A stretch of 50,016 nucleotides of DNA from Candidatus Peregrinibacteria bacterium CG10_big_fil_rev_8_21_14_0_10_42_8 (GTDB lineage: Bacteria > Patescibacteriota > Gracilibacteria > Peribacterales > Peribacteraceae), in NCBI GenBank assembly GCA_002772815.1, contig PFDQ01000043.1, positions 15,955 through 65,970 of the forward strand, in the 5' to 3' direction. A program made the position numbers and the translations under genes. The notes under the pieces were generated by a model, which was not told where the DNA came from, searched no databases, and saw nothing but the letters and a program-made list of their open reading frames with translations. Shown piece after piece: positions 1 to 9,334 of the stretch. Position 1 is the first letter of the stretch; every line of letters starts with the position of its first letter.

Positions 1-1
1 A

Positions 2-472
2 GAGCGCGCTATTCGTGATTATACCGCGGCTGCCAAGAAGGCAGGGCTTTACCTAAAGATTACAGAAGAAGAGAAGGATATTATGGTTCTTGCAGACCTT
101 GAAAAGGTCGCAGAATCAATTACGAATAGTATTAGTAATGCTATTAAATATACGAAGTCAGGAGGTATCACGGTAAATCTTTCTCGTAACAACGGGATGG
201 GAATAGTAATCGTAACAGATACAGGGGATGGCATGTCACCAGAAATGATACAAAACCTCTTCTCTCGTAGTGGAGTGAAAAAGGGCAACACTAGTGCAGA
301 AAGCAGTTCTGGCCTCGGGCTCTTTATTGCAAGGCAGTTTATGAAGCTACAGAAAGGAGACATCACAGTCTCTTCAGAAGTGGGGAAGGGTACAACCTTT
401 ACGTATACGCTAGAAGAAGCCATACAAAAGGATATTGAGAAAGCCAAAATTGATTCTAAAGCTGATTTGTAG
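2..472 (+). CDS. Sensor histidine kinase, C-terminal HATPase_c domain (5' end outside window)
   Basis: The frame is open from the window edge. It carries the N-box NAIKYT, G1 box DTGDGM and G2 box GLGLFIARQ typical of GHKL kinase ATPase domains. Confidence 0.8.
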   Translation, partial: ERAIRDYTAAAKKAGLYLKITEEEKDIMVLADLEKVAESITNSISNAIKYTKSGGITVNLSRNNGMGIVIVTDTGDGMSPEMIQNLFSRSGVKKGNTSAESSSGLGLFIARQFMKLQKGDITVSSEVGKGTTFTYTLEEAIQKDIEKAKIDSKADL

Positions 473-478
473 TATACT
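473..478 (+). promoter_or_regulatory. -10-like box TATACT (context TGTAGTATACT)
   Basis: Lies 5 nt upstream of GTG 484, directly after the kinase stop codon. The same TGTAGTATACT string recurs at 25302-25312. Confidence 0.35.
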
Positions 479-483
479 AATCA

Positions 484-1266
484 GTGAAATACACACAAAA
501 CCTTATGAAGCTTAAAAGAAATATAATCACTACAGTAACACTCGGACTTCTTATTGTTGTCGGTGCAGTCGGTGCATTCTTCGATGAGATTGTTGCTCTT
601 CAAGAAGAGCTACAGGTATGGGAAGAATCAAATGCTGCAGACTTTTCGGATGTTATCGAACAACTTGAAGATATTACAGGCCCAGTGTTTAGGGATGTTG
701 CAGATGCAGATTGGTTTAATCCATACGTTGCGTCACTCGCTGAGTGGGGCATTGTTTCTGGTTTTAAAGATGAGCATGGTCGACCAACAGGTGAGTACCG
801 CCCAGGGAATGAGGTGACAATTGCGGAAGTCTTAAAGATGGCTATGGAGGCTGCCCTTGTAGATGAGGCACAGTGTCTAAACACACCACTTCATCCACAA
901 GCTCTCAACCATTGGTCTGTACATTATGTAGCGTGTGCAGAAGATATGGGATTGCGAATGCTTGACCCTCGTCTACCTGCTGATCTTAATCGTCCTGCAA
1001 AAAGAGCAGAAGTACTTACCATTATTCATGACACATTTGCCGACAATGTACTTCCTCTTTATAGCAGCTTTAGCGATACACAAGGACACAGATTTGAGGC
1101 AGACATCGCGTATGCAAACTTGTACGGAATAGTGAGTGGAGACACAAATTCTGATGGAACAGAGAAAGGAACATTCCGTCCTGATGATGCTATCAACCGA
1201 GCTGAAACTGCCAAAATTATCTACGAGCGTCTAAAGCTCGAGGTTGTTGATACTCGTGAGCTGTAA
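484..1266 (+). CDS. Secreted/membrane-anchored SLH-domain protein
   Basis: N-terminal TM/signal segment IITTVTLGLLIVVGAVGAF. Two S-layer-homology-like modules: FRDVADADWFNPYVASLAEWGIVSG and FSDTQGHRFEADIAYANLYGIVSGD...FRPDDAINRAETAKIIY. The start could instead be ATG 505. Confidence 0.75.
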   Translation: MKYTQNLMKLKRNIITTVTLGLLIVVGAVGAFFDEIVALQEELQVWEESNAADFSDVIEQLEDITGPVFRDVADADWFNPYVASLAEWGIVSGFKDEHGRPTGEYRPGNEVTIAEVLKMAMEAALVDEAQCLNTPLHPQALNHWSVHYVACAEDMGLRMLDPRLPADLNRPAKRAEVLTIIHDTFADNVLPLYSSFSDTQGHRFEADIAYANLYGIVSGDTNSDGTEKGTFRPDDAINRAETAKIIYERLKLEVVDTREL

Positions 1267-1314
1267 GTTCTTCTTAGGTACAAATTCAAGATTAATCCAT
1301 TAGATAGCTATATA

Positions 1315-1339
1315 AATTGTATAAATTATTTATACAATT
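1315..1339. promoter_or_regulatory. Perfect 25-bp palindrome AATTGTATAAAT-T-ATTTATACAATT (candidate operator)
   Basis: The 12-bp arms are exact reverse complements around one central T. It lies in the 209-nt spacer before the pseudouridine synthase gene. Confidence 0.45.
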
Positions 1340-1461
1340 CTTAGAGTTCTATACAAGTATTCAGGAATGTCAGACACTGGCAAGCCTCTTTTGTTATGCC
1401 AAAAGTTCGCTTTCAGTCTCGGCCACTCTACCCAGAATGCTTCTCTGCACAGCTGCAATTG

Positions 1462-1467
1462 TATACA
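1462..1467 (+). promoter_or_regulatory. -10-like box TATACA
   Basis: Lies 8 nt upstream of ATG 1476. Confidence 0.3.
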
Positions 1468-1475
1468 CTGCCTAC

Positions 1476-2198
1476 ATGCAAGAACGACTCCAGAAAATCC
1501 TCTCGGCACAAGGAATCTGCTCTAGACGGAAAGCAGAAGAGTACATCGAGGCAGGCCTCGTCACAGTAAACGGAGAAGTGGCGGCACTTGGACAAAAAGC
1601 AGATGAGGCAGTCGACACAATAGAAGTGGATGGCAAAGTTCTCGCAGATCGCAAAGAGATGCTCTACTACCTCATGAACAAGCCAGTTGGCTATATTACG
1701 AGTAATGTTGATAACGATGAGCATCCAGATAGAACTGTTCGCGATTTACTCCCAAAGGAGTTACAGGGGAAGATCTACCCCATTGGTCGCCTCGACAAAG
1801 AAACATCTGGACTCCTTCTTTTTACGAATGATGGCGTGCTTGCATACCGACTGACACATCCGTCGTTTGATCATGAAAAAGAATATGAAGTGGAATCAAA
1901 CGAAGAGGTAAAAGAAGGTCAGCTCGAAAAAATGCGCACAGGAATGATGATAAAAGATGAGAAGACAAAGCCAGCAACTGTGGAAAAAATCAGTAACACA
2001 AAATTTACTATAGCCCTAACAGAAGGGAAAAACAGACAGATCCGTCGCATGTGTAAGAAGGTAGGAATTCCACTTATTGCACTGAAGCGCACACGCATTA
2101 TGACACTAAAACCTCAGCTCGAAAAAAATGGTTTCAGAGCACTCTCTGAAAAAGAGAGAACAGCACTGTTAGAGTCAGTGCATATTGAAATTGCTTGA
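1476..2198 (+). CDS. Pseudouridine synthase, RsuA/RluB family with N-terminal S4 domain
   Basis: An internal ATG was chosen. MQERLQKILSAQGICSRRKAEEYI matches an S4 RNA-binding N-terminus. The catalytic motif is GRLDKETSGLLLFTNDG. Confidence 0.85.
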   Translation: MQERLQKILSAQGICSRRKAEEYIEAGLVTVNGEVAALGQKADEAVDTIEVDGKVLADRKEMLYYLMNKPVGYITSNVDNDEHPDRTVRDLLPKELQGKIYPIGRLDKETSGLLLFTNDGVLAYRLTHPSFDHEKEYEVESNEEVKEGQLEKMRTGMMIKDEKTKPATVEKISNTKFTIALTEGKNRQIRRMCKKVGIPLIALKRTRIMTLKPQLEKNGFRALSEKERTALLESVHIEIA

Positions 2199-2226
2199 GG
2201 TTAGTATAATTGGTATTATTCGTTTA

Positions 2227-5200
2227 ATGAAAAAAAAGTTTGTTGTAATTGGTATGGCGTTTAGCGCCCTTTTGCTAATTATTTTTACATTGCAGTCACA
2301 ATGGGGAAACTTGAAGGGGCAATCGGGATGGACTGAGTCATGTAGTATAGCGGCTAACCCTGATGGATCATGCCCCTATGGATATGGTGACCAAGGGGGA
2401 GTGTGTTATTCCTCTGATGGGACATTATGTACATGTACTAACGGAGCTAGTGGTTTTTGCGGAGCGGGGAGTTGTAGTTGTTCAGAGGTTGAGCCAGCAA
2501 GAGGAACGTGTTGTGACACAGCAACATCACCAGGTTCACCAAGTTATTTAACAGAACAAGGCTGTACAGATATGCAAGGAATATGGCATCAAGGGCCGTA
2601 TAATATGGCACTTTGCTTTTCTATCACATCGTCATCAGCATCCTCAGTAGTGTTAAGCTCGTCTGTCCAAAGCTCTTCCGTTGCGCCACGATGTGGCGAT
2701 GGAACAGTAGACCAAGGAGAACAGTGTGATGATAGTAATACTACAGATAATGATGGATGTTCTCGTTCGTGTAAAAACGAGAGGTGTGGGGATGGTATTA
2801 AACAATTAAATGAAGAATGTGATGATGAAAACACAGTGACTGCAGATGCGTGTACGAATGCTTGCACGGTAGCAAAGTGTGGAGATGGTGTTCTCCGTTC
2901 AGGGTTCGACCCCCAAACGAACGTGATCTATGAGCAGTGTGATGATGGTAATACAAACAATGATGATGGATGTGATAGTAGCTGTAAGATAGAACGATGT
3001 GGAAATTACGTTATTGAATCAAACGAAATGTGTGAACAGATCAATAATGGGTGGGTGCAAGATACGACATGTGGAAATGGTCAGTTTTGCTGTGCAGAAT
3101 GTACTACTTGTCGGATAGCGTGCCCCTTTCTTGATTCAAATGGCAGCGGTGAGATTCCTGATGGATATGGTATTCGCGGAAGGGGTGGGGAATGTGGTTC
3201 GCCGTTGTGTTATACAAGTTGTAGTTCTGCAGTATTCGAACGATGTGCAGAATGCAGTGGTTGTGGCGAGTCAGACTCTGTAGAAAGCTGCGAAGAAATG
3301 TGTGGAGATAAACCTGCGTCAGACCCATGTTGGGACGATTGTCATGAGAATAAGATATGTAATGCAGCCTGTGAAGACCCAGATGGTGATGGTATAGGGT
3401 ATTACATGGAAAACTTGTCATGCGTGAGTGGTGTTGGCGATTCCCCTGCAACGTGTCAGTTTATTACGAGTAGTAACACAGGAGGAGGTTCAGGAGGCCA
3501 AAATGGAGGGGGAAACGGAGGGCAGAATGGTGGAAATAATGGCGGAGCAAGTGGCGGAGGTGAGGGTGGTGACACCGGTGGAACGGATACAGGCGGAACA
3601 GACGGCGGTGCGTCCGGCGGTGATACGGGTGGAGCATCTTCTGCATCGGCATCTTCGATAAGTTCAACTCCACACTGCTACGAAACAGGCGAGTGTTCTA
3701 CTTGTCCCAGTTGTTTCAGTTCGTGTTTCTGCACTATGCATATCAATGCGCAAAACCAAGGGTTACCCCCGCCAAGTACCAGCCGGATTGAAAGCACTTG
3801 TACGGCTCAATGTGTCGATAGCCCACCACCTAATTCTTCCTCAAATGGAAATACATCAAGCGCTTCTAGTAGGTCTAATACCTCTAGCACTTCACGGTCA
3901 AATGGATCGGTGCCTTCTAATGGAAATAGCAGTTCTGTTATTGTTGCTTTCGATTATCATTATGAATGTATGCAGCAAAGCTGTGTACTTGTTCTGACTG
4001 CGGGGCAAGATACATGTGCTACTGACAAAGATTGTTTGGGAGCTAAGTCGTCAACGTCTGCAAATCAGTCATCGTTAAGCTCAGGGTCGTCAGGTTCAGA
4101 TCAATCTTCATCATTCTCTGATAGCTCGAATAATTCATTTAACTTCTCTTCATCATTCTCTGATGGCTCGAATAATTCATCTAACTTCTCTTCATCGCTA
4201 TCTTATAGTTCAGATACTTCTAATTTCTCTTCATCATTCTTAAGCAGTTCTATTAATTCTTCAGATATATCGAATGTTTCATCATCATCAGAATTCTCAG
4301 ATTCTTCCGCTTCCTCAGGTGTATCTACTTCTTATACCTTTAGTCAGCCTTCTTTTGCATCGTATTCTTCTGAGAATTCACAGAATTCAAATTCTAGTAT
4401 TGTGCAAGAATCATCTACATCTAACGTATCAAGCACGTCGTTTAGCATTCGCTTCTCTTCTGATTCTGAATCAAGCACATCATCACGAGGTAGTGCAAGA
4501 AGTTCGTTTGCAAACAGTACAATCATCGTCATTGCAGAAGATGATGATGGAGACGGAGACGGCGATGATGGCTTCCGAGATAATAACAATCAGTGGGTTT
4601 TGAGGCCATCTAGCTTCATTGCACAAAACGTAAACGGTACATTAGTAGCTGCAGCATCTATGTGTGGTAATGGTATTCTTGATGTTGGCGAAGAGTGTGA
4701 CGACAGCAATAGACGTGACAACGATGGTTGTTCGATATCGTGCCTTCTTGAGATTGGTATTTGTGGGGATGGAAAAGTACAAAGCCTTCTAGGAGAGCAA
4801 TGTGAGGGTGGTATTGATTGTCAGAAGTGTCGATTTGTGAGTCAGACATGTGGAGATGGCATAGTAGACCCAAGAGAAGAATGTGATAGTGGCGCGTTAA
4901 ACTCTTTGTCACCAAATGCTGACTGTCGCCCAGACTGTAGTTTATCTCGATGTGGTGATTCAGTGCTCGATACAACGGAGCTCTGTGATGATGGAAATCG
5001 ACTCAATAGTGATGGGTGTGACAGGTATTGCAGACTAGAAACAACAGTTCTTGCACAGCAAAATAGCAATAATTATGAGCAATTACAGGCTCAGATGTTA
5101 GCGAATCAACAGTTTGGCTTCCCTCAATACGCAAACTATCAACAGTTGCCCTATCAGTTGCCACTTGCACAGCTTCAACCACTTATACAGAACCAAGGTC

Positions 5201-5295
5201 CAATAGGTGATACAGGTCCTGCTGCAGTAGCAGTAGCAGCATCAGGAATGGCTGCAGGAGTCGGCTGGATACGAAGGAAGAAGCGAAAATCGTAG
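2227..5295 (+). CDS. Large cysteine-rich repeat surface protein with signal peptide, Gly-rich and Ser-rich low-complexity regions and a C-terminal sorting-signal-like tail
   Basis: Signal/TM segment MKKKFVVIGMAFSALLLIIF. About 8 copies of CGDGxxxxxEqCDDgNxxxxDGCxxxC (Myxococcus-type cysteine-rich repeat pattern), in two blocks at roughly nt 2690-3010 and 4660-5040. The tail is IGDTGPAAVAVAASGMAAGVGWIRRKKRKS. Confidence 0.85.
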   Translation: MKKKFVVIGMAFSALLLIIFTLQSQWGNLKGQSGWTESCSIAANPDGSCPYGYGDQGGVCYSSDGTLCTCTNGASGFCGAGSCSCSEVEPARGTCCDTATSPGSPSYLTEQGCTDMQGIWHQGPYNMALCFSITSSSASSVVLSSSVQSSSVAPRCGDGTVDQGEQCDDSNTTDNDGCSRSCKNERCGDGIKQLNEECDDENTVTADACTNACTVAKCGDGVLRSGFDPQTNVIYEQCDDGNTNNDDGCDSSCKIERCGNYVIESNEMCEQINNGWVQDTTCGNGQFCCAECTTCRIACPFLDSNGSGEIPDGYGIRGRGGECGSPLCYTSCSSAVFERCAECSGCGESDSVESCEEMCGDKPASDPCWDDCHENKICNAACEDPDGDGIGYYMENLSCVSGVGDSPATCQFITSSNTGGGSGGQNGGGNGGQNGGNNGGASGGGEGGDTGGTDTGGTDGGASGGDTGGASSASASSISSTPHCYETGECSTCPSCFSSCFCTMHINAQNQGLPPPSTSRIESTCTAQCVDSPPPNSSSNGNTSSASSRSNTSSTSRSNGSVPSNGNSSSVIVAFDYHYECMQQSCVLVLTAGQDTCATDKDCLGAKSSTSANQSSLSSGSSGSDQSSSFSDSSNNSFNFSSSFSDGSNNSSNFSSSLSYSSDTSNFSSSFLSSSINSSDISNVSSSSEFSDSSASSGVSTSYTFSQPSFASYSSENSQNSNSSIVQESSTSNVSSTSFSIRFSSDSESSTSSRGSARSSFANSTIIVIAEDDDGDGDGDDGFRDNNNQWVLRPSSFIAQNVNGTLVAAASMCGNGILDVGEECDDSNRRDNDGCSISCLLEIGICGDGKVQSLLGEQCEGGIDCQKCRFVSQTCGDGIVDPREECDSGALNSLSPNADCRPDCSLSRCGDSVLDTTELCDDGNRLNSDGCDRYCRLETTVLAQQNSNNYEQLQAQMLANQQFGFPQYANYQQLPYQLPLAQLQPLIQNQGPIGDTGPAAVAVAASGMAAGVGWIRRKKRKS
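4105..4270 (+). repeat. Tandem ~42-nt repeats inside the Ser-rich region
   Basis: Two near-identical units (tcttcatcattctctgatRgctcgaataattcatYtaactt) encode SSSFSD(S/G)SNNS(F/S)NF. Two degenerate units follow. Confidence 0.7.
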
Positions 5296-6087
5296 CTAGC
5301 GCCCTACTGTAATTTCTATCTTTCCAAAGTTAAGAACCCAAATGTCATCAACGATGCCGACGCCAATGTCATCGTAATCTTTCGAGAGGATTGCATCTCG
5401 GTGACTTGGTGATTCCATCCATTCACGGATAACTTGCTCAATAGTGGTTTGTCCCTTTGCAAGGTTTTCTCCTAGATAGACTTTATAGCTACAACGACAT
5501 TCTTGAGCATTAATAATTCCGTATCCTGTAGCTTTTATTCGGTCGTTACTACGAAGGCCATTTGGGTTTTCATGGGAGAAGTAATCCCTATTTTTCATGT
5601 CTTGCGCATGCCTTTGTGCAGATGTTTCAAGGTCAATCTGTGCGCGCAGTGGTGGTAGTGCCATCTTTGCTCGTTCCATATTTACACTATCTATCAGTTG
5701 AAATTTTATTGGAGAAGGAAGCTCTCCTAGTCGCTCGGCTCGACGAGCATTTGATCGTTCAAGTAAAGAAGACCCGTTTGCAAGGAGGCTTACAGACGAA
5801 GAGGAGGTACTCGAAACACTTCGACGTACTATTGCGCGTGATGAGCTGCTTCGTCTTGTATAAAGTGGAGTACGAGACCTATTTTGACGAAGGTCTTTAA
5901 GGTGAGAAATGCTATTACTTACAGATAGTCCTAGCCGAGAAAGGCGACGAGTTTCTATGCGATCCTCCATGCTTTCCATAGCACTAGCATGAAGAGATAT
6001 CTGCAGTGAAGATTCTGCACGTACAACCATTGTTGTACTGCTAATACCTGTGATAACCGCCAGTATTGGTATAAAAGTACGTTTCAT
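5296..6087 (-). CDS. Secreted CAP/SCP (PR-1-like, YkwD-type) domain protein
   Basis: Signal peptide MKRTFIPILAVITGISSTT. CAP motifs HAQDMKNRDYFSHENPNG and GENLAKG...WMESPSHRDAIL. Its stop codon abuts the stop of the convergent gene (5295/5296). Confidence 0.8.
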   Translation of the reverse strand: MKRTFIPILAVITGISSTTMVVRAESSLQISLHASAMESMEDRIETRRLSRLGLSVSNSISHLKDLRQNRSRTPLYTRRSSSSRAIVRRSVSSTSSSSVSLLANGSSLLERSNARRAERLGELPSPIKFQLIDSVNMERAKMALPPLRAQIDLETSAQRHAQDMKNRDYFSHENPNGLRSNDRIKATGYGIINAQECRCSYKVYLGENLAKGQTTIEQVIREWMESPSHRDAILSKDYDDIGVGIVDDIWVLNFGKIEITVGR

Positions 6088-6201
6088 AGAGTAGGATAAT
6101 AATACAGTATTTGAAGTTATGCAGTTGGAATTTCTCATGAAATGTAGTCCTGATTATAATTTCCTATGCACAGGAGAATTTTTCTCTGCTATGCTCGAAA
6201 C

Positions 6202-7611
6202 ATGAAAATTATCCCCCACGGTGCGGCTCTGGAGGTTACTGGAAGCTGCCATGAAATTCAGGTTGATATAGACGGCGTTACAAAGAAGATTCTACTTGAT
6301 TGTGGGCTCTTCCAGGGACACAGACAGGAATCAGCAGTAAAAAATGCAGAGTTTGCCTTCGAGCCATCAGAAATTGATGCGATGATCCTTAGTCATGCGC
6401 ACGCAGACCACGTTGGACGTGTTCCAGTTCTGTCGAAGAAGGGGTTTGAGGCAAAAATTTTCTGTACATACGCAACAAAAGATCTTGCAGAAGTTATGCT
6501 CCAAGATAGTGGATTTATTAACGAGAAAGATGAAGAATTTTTCTGTAAGTATCTTGCAAAGTCGATGATGGAGTGTGAAGGTCCACTTTATACACAAGAA
6601 GATGCAACAGAATGTATGAGGCATTTTGTCGGTCAAAATTATAAAGAATGGTTCGATGTCATTCCTGGTATCCGTGCAATGTTCCTTGATGCAGGTCATA
6701 TTATTGGAGCAGCAATGGTAGTGCTTGAAATTATGGAAAATGGAACAAAGAGAATGATTGGTTTTACCGGTGACCTTGGACGAAATATGTTGCCAATTAT
6801 CAGAGACCCCGCTGACATGCCAGAAGTCGAAGTGCTTATTTGCGAAAGTACATATGGAAATAGGGAGCACGAAGATATCGCAACTGCAAAACACGCACTA
6901 AAAGATGTCATTATCCGAACAGCAAAGCGTGGAGGTAAAGTGCTTATTCCTGCATTCTCTTTAGAGCGTACACAGGAAATTGTATACGACCTTCATGTGT
7001 TATGGGACGCAAAGGATATTCCAGCAATTCCGATTGTCATTGATTCTCCACTCGCAACACGAGTGACAGAGGTGTTCATGAAACACCCAGAATGTTATGA
7101 CAAAGATATGTATGAAAATTTCTTAGCAAAAGCACATAACCCATTTCAGTTTTCACTCGTCAGGTATACACAAAGTACAGAGGAGAGTAAAGAGCTAAAC
7201 GGTACACCAGGCCCAATGATTATTATGGCAGGAAGTGGAATGTGTGAAGCAGGTCGTATTCGTCATCATCTCAAAAATGAGATTGAAGATGATAGAAATA
7301 CCATTCTTGCTGTTGGGTATATGGCAGAAAATACACTTGGTCGTAGTATTATTGATTCAGATGTTACAGAGGTAAAAATCTTTGATAAGATTTATCAGAA
7401 GAAAGCAGAAACCGTATACATCAATGCGTACTCTGGTCATGCAGACATGTCAGACCTCGATAATCTTGTGTGCAGTACAAAAGGAGTGAAGAAGGTAATC
7501 CTTGTACATGGTGAAGAAACTCAAATGCTACCATTCGCTGAACGTATCCGTCACGTGTGTAAAGACATCGAAGTGATCATGCCAGAACGTGATCAGGAAA
7601 TAGAGGTGTAA
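6202..7611 (+). CDS. MBL-fold beta-CASP family ribonuclease (RNase J/CPSF-like)
   Basis: MKIIPHGAALEVTGSCHEI, the metallo-beta-lactamase motif LSHAHADHVGRVP, and a later ...GHAD.. motif with about 470 aa length typical of beta-CASP enzymes. Confidence 0.8.
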   Translation: MKIIPHGAALEVTGSCHEIQVDIDGVTKKILLDCGLFQGHRQESAVKNAEFAFEPSEIDAMILSHAHADHVGRVPVLSKKGFEAKIFCTYATKDLAEVMLQDSGFINEKDEEFFCKYLAKSMMECEGPLYTQEDATECMRHFVGQNYKEWFDVIPGIRAMFLDAGHIIGAAMVVLEIMENGTKRMIGFTGDLGRNMLPIIRDPADMPEVEVLICESTYGNREHEDIATAKHALKDVIIRTAKRGGKVLIPAFSLERTQEIVYDLHVLWDAKDIPAIPIVIDSPLATRVTEVFMKHPECYDKDMYENFLAKAHNPFQFSLVRYTQSTEESKELNGTPGPMIIMAGSGMCEAGRIRHHLKNEIEDDRNTILAVGYMAENTLGRSIIDSDVTEVKIFDKIYQKKAETVYINAYSGHADMSDLDNLVCSTKGVKKVILVHGEETQMLPFAERIRHVCKDIEVIMPERDQEIEV

Positions 7612-7657
7612 AGATAAGTAGAGCGCACTTTCTTTGTAGTACAAGTTGAAAGGCTAG

Positions 7658-7756
7658 GCATTCCTTTTTTGTCGGGAAACAGGCCCTGCAGCAGTTGTAG
7701 TTGCAGCATCTGGAATGGCTGCAGGAATTGGTTGGATGAGACGAAAGAGAAAGTAG
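7658..7756 (+). pseudogene. Orphan 3' fragment encoding only a C-terminal sorting-signal-like tail (no start codon)
   Basis: Translates to ..ETGPAAVVVAASGMAAGIGWMRRKRK*. This is a paralog of the tail at 5215-5295 and shares the identical 15-mer ggaatggctgcagga. The frame is closed by TAG at 7655-7657 with no ATG/GTG/TTG in between. Confidence 0.6.
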
Positions 7757-7791
7757 CACCAGAGAACTGATAAAGGTAAGATCAATTCATA

Positions 7792-8547
7792 ATGAAGATA
7801 AACGCAGATACCACTCTTCTTTGGGAGATTACAAAATCAAATTTTAAACTGCAAAATGAAAGTAGTGCATTGGGTATTATTTGGTATCTCCTCGGGCCAT
7901 TGTTGCTTTTTGGAATCATGCTCTTTGTCTTTTCGCACAGACTTGGGTCTGATGTCGATAAATATCCACTCTACTTGTTGATGGGTATTATCACATGGAA
8001 TTTCTTCTCTACAGGTGCAGGGAGATGCATGACAACAATTACTGGTAATGCAAGCCTTATTAAATCTATCCCTATTCGCATAGAAATTTTAATAATAGCT
8101 GCAATTTTTCACGCACTCATTACGCATTCTATTGAAATATTCCTATTTCTTGCACTCCTTCTCTTATCAGGGATTATTCCTATTCTTATCCCTCTTTATC
8201 TTATTGTACTCGTTATCAGTTTTATTTTTACGATTGGAGTCGGCTTTGCACTATCTGCAACATTCGTCATATTTCGTGATGTGCAGCAAATTTGGTCTGT
8301 TATAACGCGTGCATGGTGGTTTGCTACCCCAATTTTTTATGTGCCAACAACAACAGGTCTCGGAAGTAAGCTCAGCTTGTTTAATCCACTCTATTATAGT
8401 ATTCATCTTTCGCGCGAATTGCTGATATACAACCGTATTCCGCCGCTCTATCTCTTCGTAATTTTTTTCGGGATGTCGCTGATATCATTACTACTAGGGT
8501 ATTATATTTTTCGTAAGCTACAGCCTAATTTTGTCGCACTTATATGA
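7792..8547 (+). CDS. ABC-2 type polysaccharide/glycopolymer export permease (Wzm/TagG-like)
   Basis: 251 aa with about 6 TM segments. ATGA overlap with the downstream ATPase gene. Sits in a glycosyltransferase neighbourhood. Confidence 0.75.
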   Translation: MKINADTTLLWEITKSNFKLQNESSALGIIWYLLGPLLLFGIMLFVFSHRLGSDVDKYPLYLLMGIITWNFFSTGAGRCMTTITGNASLIKSIPIRIEILIIAAIFHALITHSIEIFLFLALLLLSGIIPILIPLYLIVLVISFIFTIGVGFALSATFVIFRDVQQIWSVITRAWWFATPIFYVPTTTGLGSKLSLFNPLYYSIHLSRELLIYNRIPPLYLFVIFFGMSLISLLLGYYIFRKLQPNFVALI

Positions 8548-9308
8548 GTACTACGCCTGCAATTTTCGTTGAAAATGTATACAAAGATTTCTGGGTACAT
8601 GCTCGCACAGATGCAACTATACTTTCACGTATAGCAGATGCGTTTCCCTCTGGAGGAAAACGGCTTCATTCTCGTAAAATAGAAGCAGTTCGTAATGTCA
8701 GTTTTGCACTCGATCGTGGAAAAGTACTTGGGATTATAGGAAAGAATGCAGCAGGAAAAAGTACACTTCTAAGGCTTATAGCAAATATTTACGAGCCAGA
8801 CGCAGGAACAGTGATTGTCGATGGAACAATTACCTCTCTCATCAGTCTAAGTGTAGGGCTAAGGCCAACACTCAGTATTATCGATAACATTTATCTCGCT
8901 TGTTCATTATTTGGTATGCCACGATCACACATAAAAAAGGTTTACCCACAAATATTAGAATTTGCAGGTATTACAGATGCATGTATGTATCCGTATCAGC
9001 TTTCTACAGGGATGAACCAACGCTTGTCATTTTCCATTGCGGTTCATACAAAGCCAGAAATTCTTTTACTCGATGAAATATTCTCAGCAGGTGATATTGC
9101 GTTTCAATCGAAGGCACAACAGCGAATGGAGGAGCTTATAAAGGGTGATACTACTGTCGTTATGGTAAGCCATAGTATAGAGCGAATACGAGAATTAAGT
9201 GACGTTGTACTATGGTTAGAAGCAGGAAGTGTAAAAATGATTGGAGAGCCAAAAGAGGTAATACATGCATATATTGTAAGTATGCAGAGAGAGTTGATTG
9301 CCAAATAA
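8544..9308 (+). CDS. ABC transporter ATP-binding protein (Wzt/TagH-like, short form without a C-terminal carbohydrate-binding domain)
   Basis: Walker A GKNAAGKST, signature LSTGMNQRL, Walker B LLLDE. 254 aa. Confidence 0.85.
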   Translation: MSTTPAIFVENVYKDFWVHARTDATILSRIADAFPSGGKRLHSRKIEAVRNVSFALDRGKVLGIIGKNAAGKSTLLRLIANIYEPDAGTVIVDGTITSLISLSVGLRPTLSIIDNIYLACSLFGMPRSHIKKVYPQILEFAGITDACMYPYQLSTGMNQRLSFSIAVHTKPEILLLDEIFSAGDIAFQSKAQQRMEELIKGDTTVVMVSHSIERIRELSDVVLWLEAGSVKMIGEPKEVIHAYIVSMQRELIAK

Positions 9309-9334
9309 CATACTTCAGGGTATTTATACACACG

